A stretch of 32,000 nucleotides of DNA, taken from NCBI GenBank assembly GCA_046533775.1, contig JAWDOO010000002.1:60001-92000 (forward strand). The letters are read 5' to 3'. The position numbers and the translations under genes are program-made. Below, piece by piece: positions 30,691 to 32,000 of the stretch. Source of the DNA: Candidatus Nanopusillus sp. (lineage in GTDB: Archaea > Nanobdellota > Nanobdellia > Nanobdellales > Nanobdellaceae). The stretch's first letter is position 1. Every line of letters starts with the position of its first letter. The notes below the pieces were generated by a model. That model was not told where the DNA came from. It was given only the letters and a program-made list of their open reading frames with translations, and did not search any database.

Positions 30691-32000
30691 ATGGATAATG
30701 AAGATAAAAAATATCCAAAAGAATTATATAATAGAAGGATATCTACTAGCACAAGTCCTCAAAACGTAAATCAATTACAAGAATATTTATCAAAAATATC
30801 TGCTGGATATCCTGGAGTAGAAATACAAACATTTAATTTTTCCGGACAATGGTCAAGAATACCAAGGCAAATATTTGAAGAAATTGCAAGAAATGCTAAG
30901 ATAAATAATGTAGAAGTTACAATTCATGCTCCTGAACAAGATTTTCAATTACCTGCGACAGATCAAAAATTGAATATAGAAGAAAATAATATAAAACAAA
31001 TGGCCTATAAAGCATCAGTAATATTGGAGAGTGCAGAGATAATGTCAAAAATTTATGGAGAACCAATTAAAGTAAACATGCATGCCGGGGATGTTGCGCT
31101 AACAGAATGGGATGAAGATTTTGAAAGGAGATTAAAAGATGAATTATTAAAGAATGAAGAATTTAGAAAATCTTTTGCAGAAAAATTATATAGATTGGGA
31201 TATATAACGTCAGAACAATATGGTATATTAACTAGTAAAAATATTGATAGAGAAACATTGGAAAAGAATGTACCATCATGGGCTTTTGCAAAACAGGAAG
31301 CCGCATATATTCATTTAAATGGAAATTACGAATATATGGGATCTGTTATGCCTGGAAGATATTTATCTGGTGCTGTAGAAAGGGCAAGAAAACTTAATGT
31401 TGTTGATGAAATTTATAAAGAAAATGAAAAAGTTTGGATGAATATATTTAATGATATTGATAAGGATTTTAATGCAATAAAAAGATTATTAAATAACAAT
31501 TACTTAATAACCTATTTTGGATATAGTACTGTAGATCAGGAAAAAATAGGAGAATTTTTATACGATCTAAAAAGATATAGATCATTTTTAGAAAAAGTAA
31601 AAGAATATATTGATACAATAGAGGATAATATAAATGATATTGCAGATGAAAATTTAAGAAATGCCGCAAAAAATAGGATATCACAATATAAACAATATCT
31701 TGAAGAAAACTTGAAGAATATAGAAAATTATGAATATGAAATATCAAAATTTGCAAAAGAAGTTGTACAAAACAATAATAGTCCTACATATAGAGACTAT
31801 TTTAGGGATAAAATGTTTGATTTTATAAATAATATAAGTTCATCTATAACAAACACAGATCATTTATTGTCCCAACTAAAAAATACGGTATTTTCAGAAT
31901 TTCCAATCCCAATTGTAAAACCATATCAAGAAGTTGCAACAAAAACAGCTCCAGAAGTAATAGCTGAAGGAGTTAGAATGCTAATTGAAAGGGAAATAAG
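30691..32000 (+). CDS. Large hypothetical protein, 5' part only (436+ aa, runs off the window end); N-terminus resembles a xylose-isomerase-like TIM barrel
   Basis: I translated it manually from ATG 30691 to 31998 with no stop; it is missing from the ORF track because it is open-ended. The N-terminus reads GYPGVEIQTFNF..IPRQIFEEIARNAKINNVEVTIHAPEQDFQLPATD..ILESAEIMSKIYGEPIKVNMHAGDV. This follows the AP-endonuclease-2 / sugar-phosphate-isomerase TIM-barrel pattern (G..gvEl...ak..gl.i..HAP...l.s.d.....A..lGa..vv.H.G). The rest is a long helical region. Confidence 0.6.
   Translation, partial: MDNEDKKYPKELYNRRISTSTSPQNVNQLQEYLSKISAGYPGVEIQTFNFSGQWSRIPRQIFEEIARNAKINNVEVTIHAPEQDFQLPATDQKLNIEENNIKQMAYKASVILESAEIMSKIYGEPIKVNMHAGDVALTEWDEDFERRLKDELLKNEEFRKSFAEKLYRLGYITSEQYGILTSKNIDRETLEKNVPSWAFAKQEAAYIHLNGNYEYMGSVMPGRYLSGAVERARKLNVVDEIYKENEKVWMNIFNDIDKDFNAIKRLLNNNYLITYFGYSTVDQEKIGEFLYDLKRYRSFLEKVKEYIDTIEDNINDIADENLRNAAKNRISQYKQYLEENLKNIENYEYEISKFAKEVVQNNNSPTYRDYFRDKMFDFINNISSSITNTDHLLSQLKNTVFSEFPIPIVKPYQEVATKTAPEVIAEGVRMLIEREI

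Noticed and set aside
13624-31756. Remaining short ORF-track entries at 13624-13857(-), 14488-14673(-), 15365-15658(+), 16993-17247(+), 19785-19970(+), 21899-22093(+), 22133-22390(+), 24154-24360(-), 25112-25336(+), 26985-27188(+), 28693-28941(+), 30276-30524(-) and 31469-31756(-)
   Set aside because: Each is nested antisense within a longer, better-supported gene. Each translates to F/L/I/S/Y-rich low-complexity sequence with no motif.
1-32000. CRISPR arrays, transposases, integrases and toxin-antitoxin pairs
   Set aside because: I looked for regularly spaced direct repeats and for recombinase or nuclease motifs on both strands and found none. The only tandem repeats are the 9-mer at 2722-2739 and the 10-mer at 12486-12505.

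Overview
This is a very AT-rich, very gene-dense archaeal chromosomal segment. Archaeal identity is clear from archaeal/eukaryal-type ribosomal proteins (eS19, eL43, eL40, eL32, eS4, plus uL5, uL6, uL14, uL24 and uS17). It is also supported by RpoP, RpoE', Spt4, prefoldin beta, Pth2, Rpp21, TruD, GluRS, TrpRS and a fused PriS-PriL primase. Stable RNA genes stand out as GC-rich islands: tRNA-Ala(GGC), tRNA-Gly(UCC), tRNA-Ser(CGA), an orphan 5S rRNA and one textbook C/D-box sRNA. Four things suggest a small-genome thermophilic DPANN/Nanoarchaeota-like organism, though I cannot verify this without a database: 1-41 nt gene overlaps are pervasive, the ribosomal-protein operon is fragmented, promoter boxes sit about 30-32 nt from start codons and from mature RNA 5' ends, and the RNA genes are GC-rich within AT-rich DNA. 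I saw no CRISPR array, transposase or integrase. The best candidate for an undescribed system is at 2927-7611. There a HerA/FtsK-clade ATPase overlaps a 726-aa Asn/Tyr-rich, sequon-dense, Lys/Glu-poor membrane-anchored protein. Three small Cys-containing proteins with very short M-[KR]-[GS] leaders and a hydrophobic helix (type IV pilin-like) complete the cluster. No PilB/FlaI-type ATPase or PilC/FlaJ-type platform is present. A second unexplained locus is the pair of large unknown genes at 28984 to beyond 32000. Other accessory unknowns are a translationally coupled pair at 14325-15349 and a 333-349 aa protein at 19866-20915.
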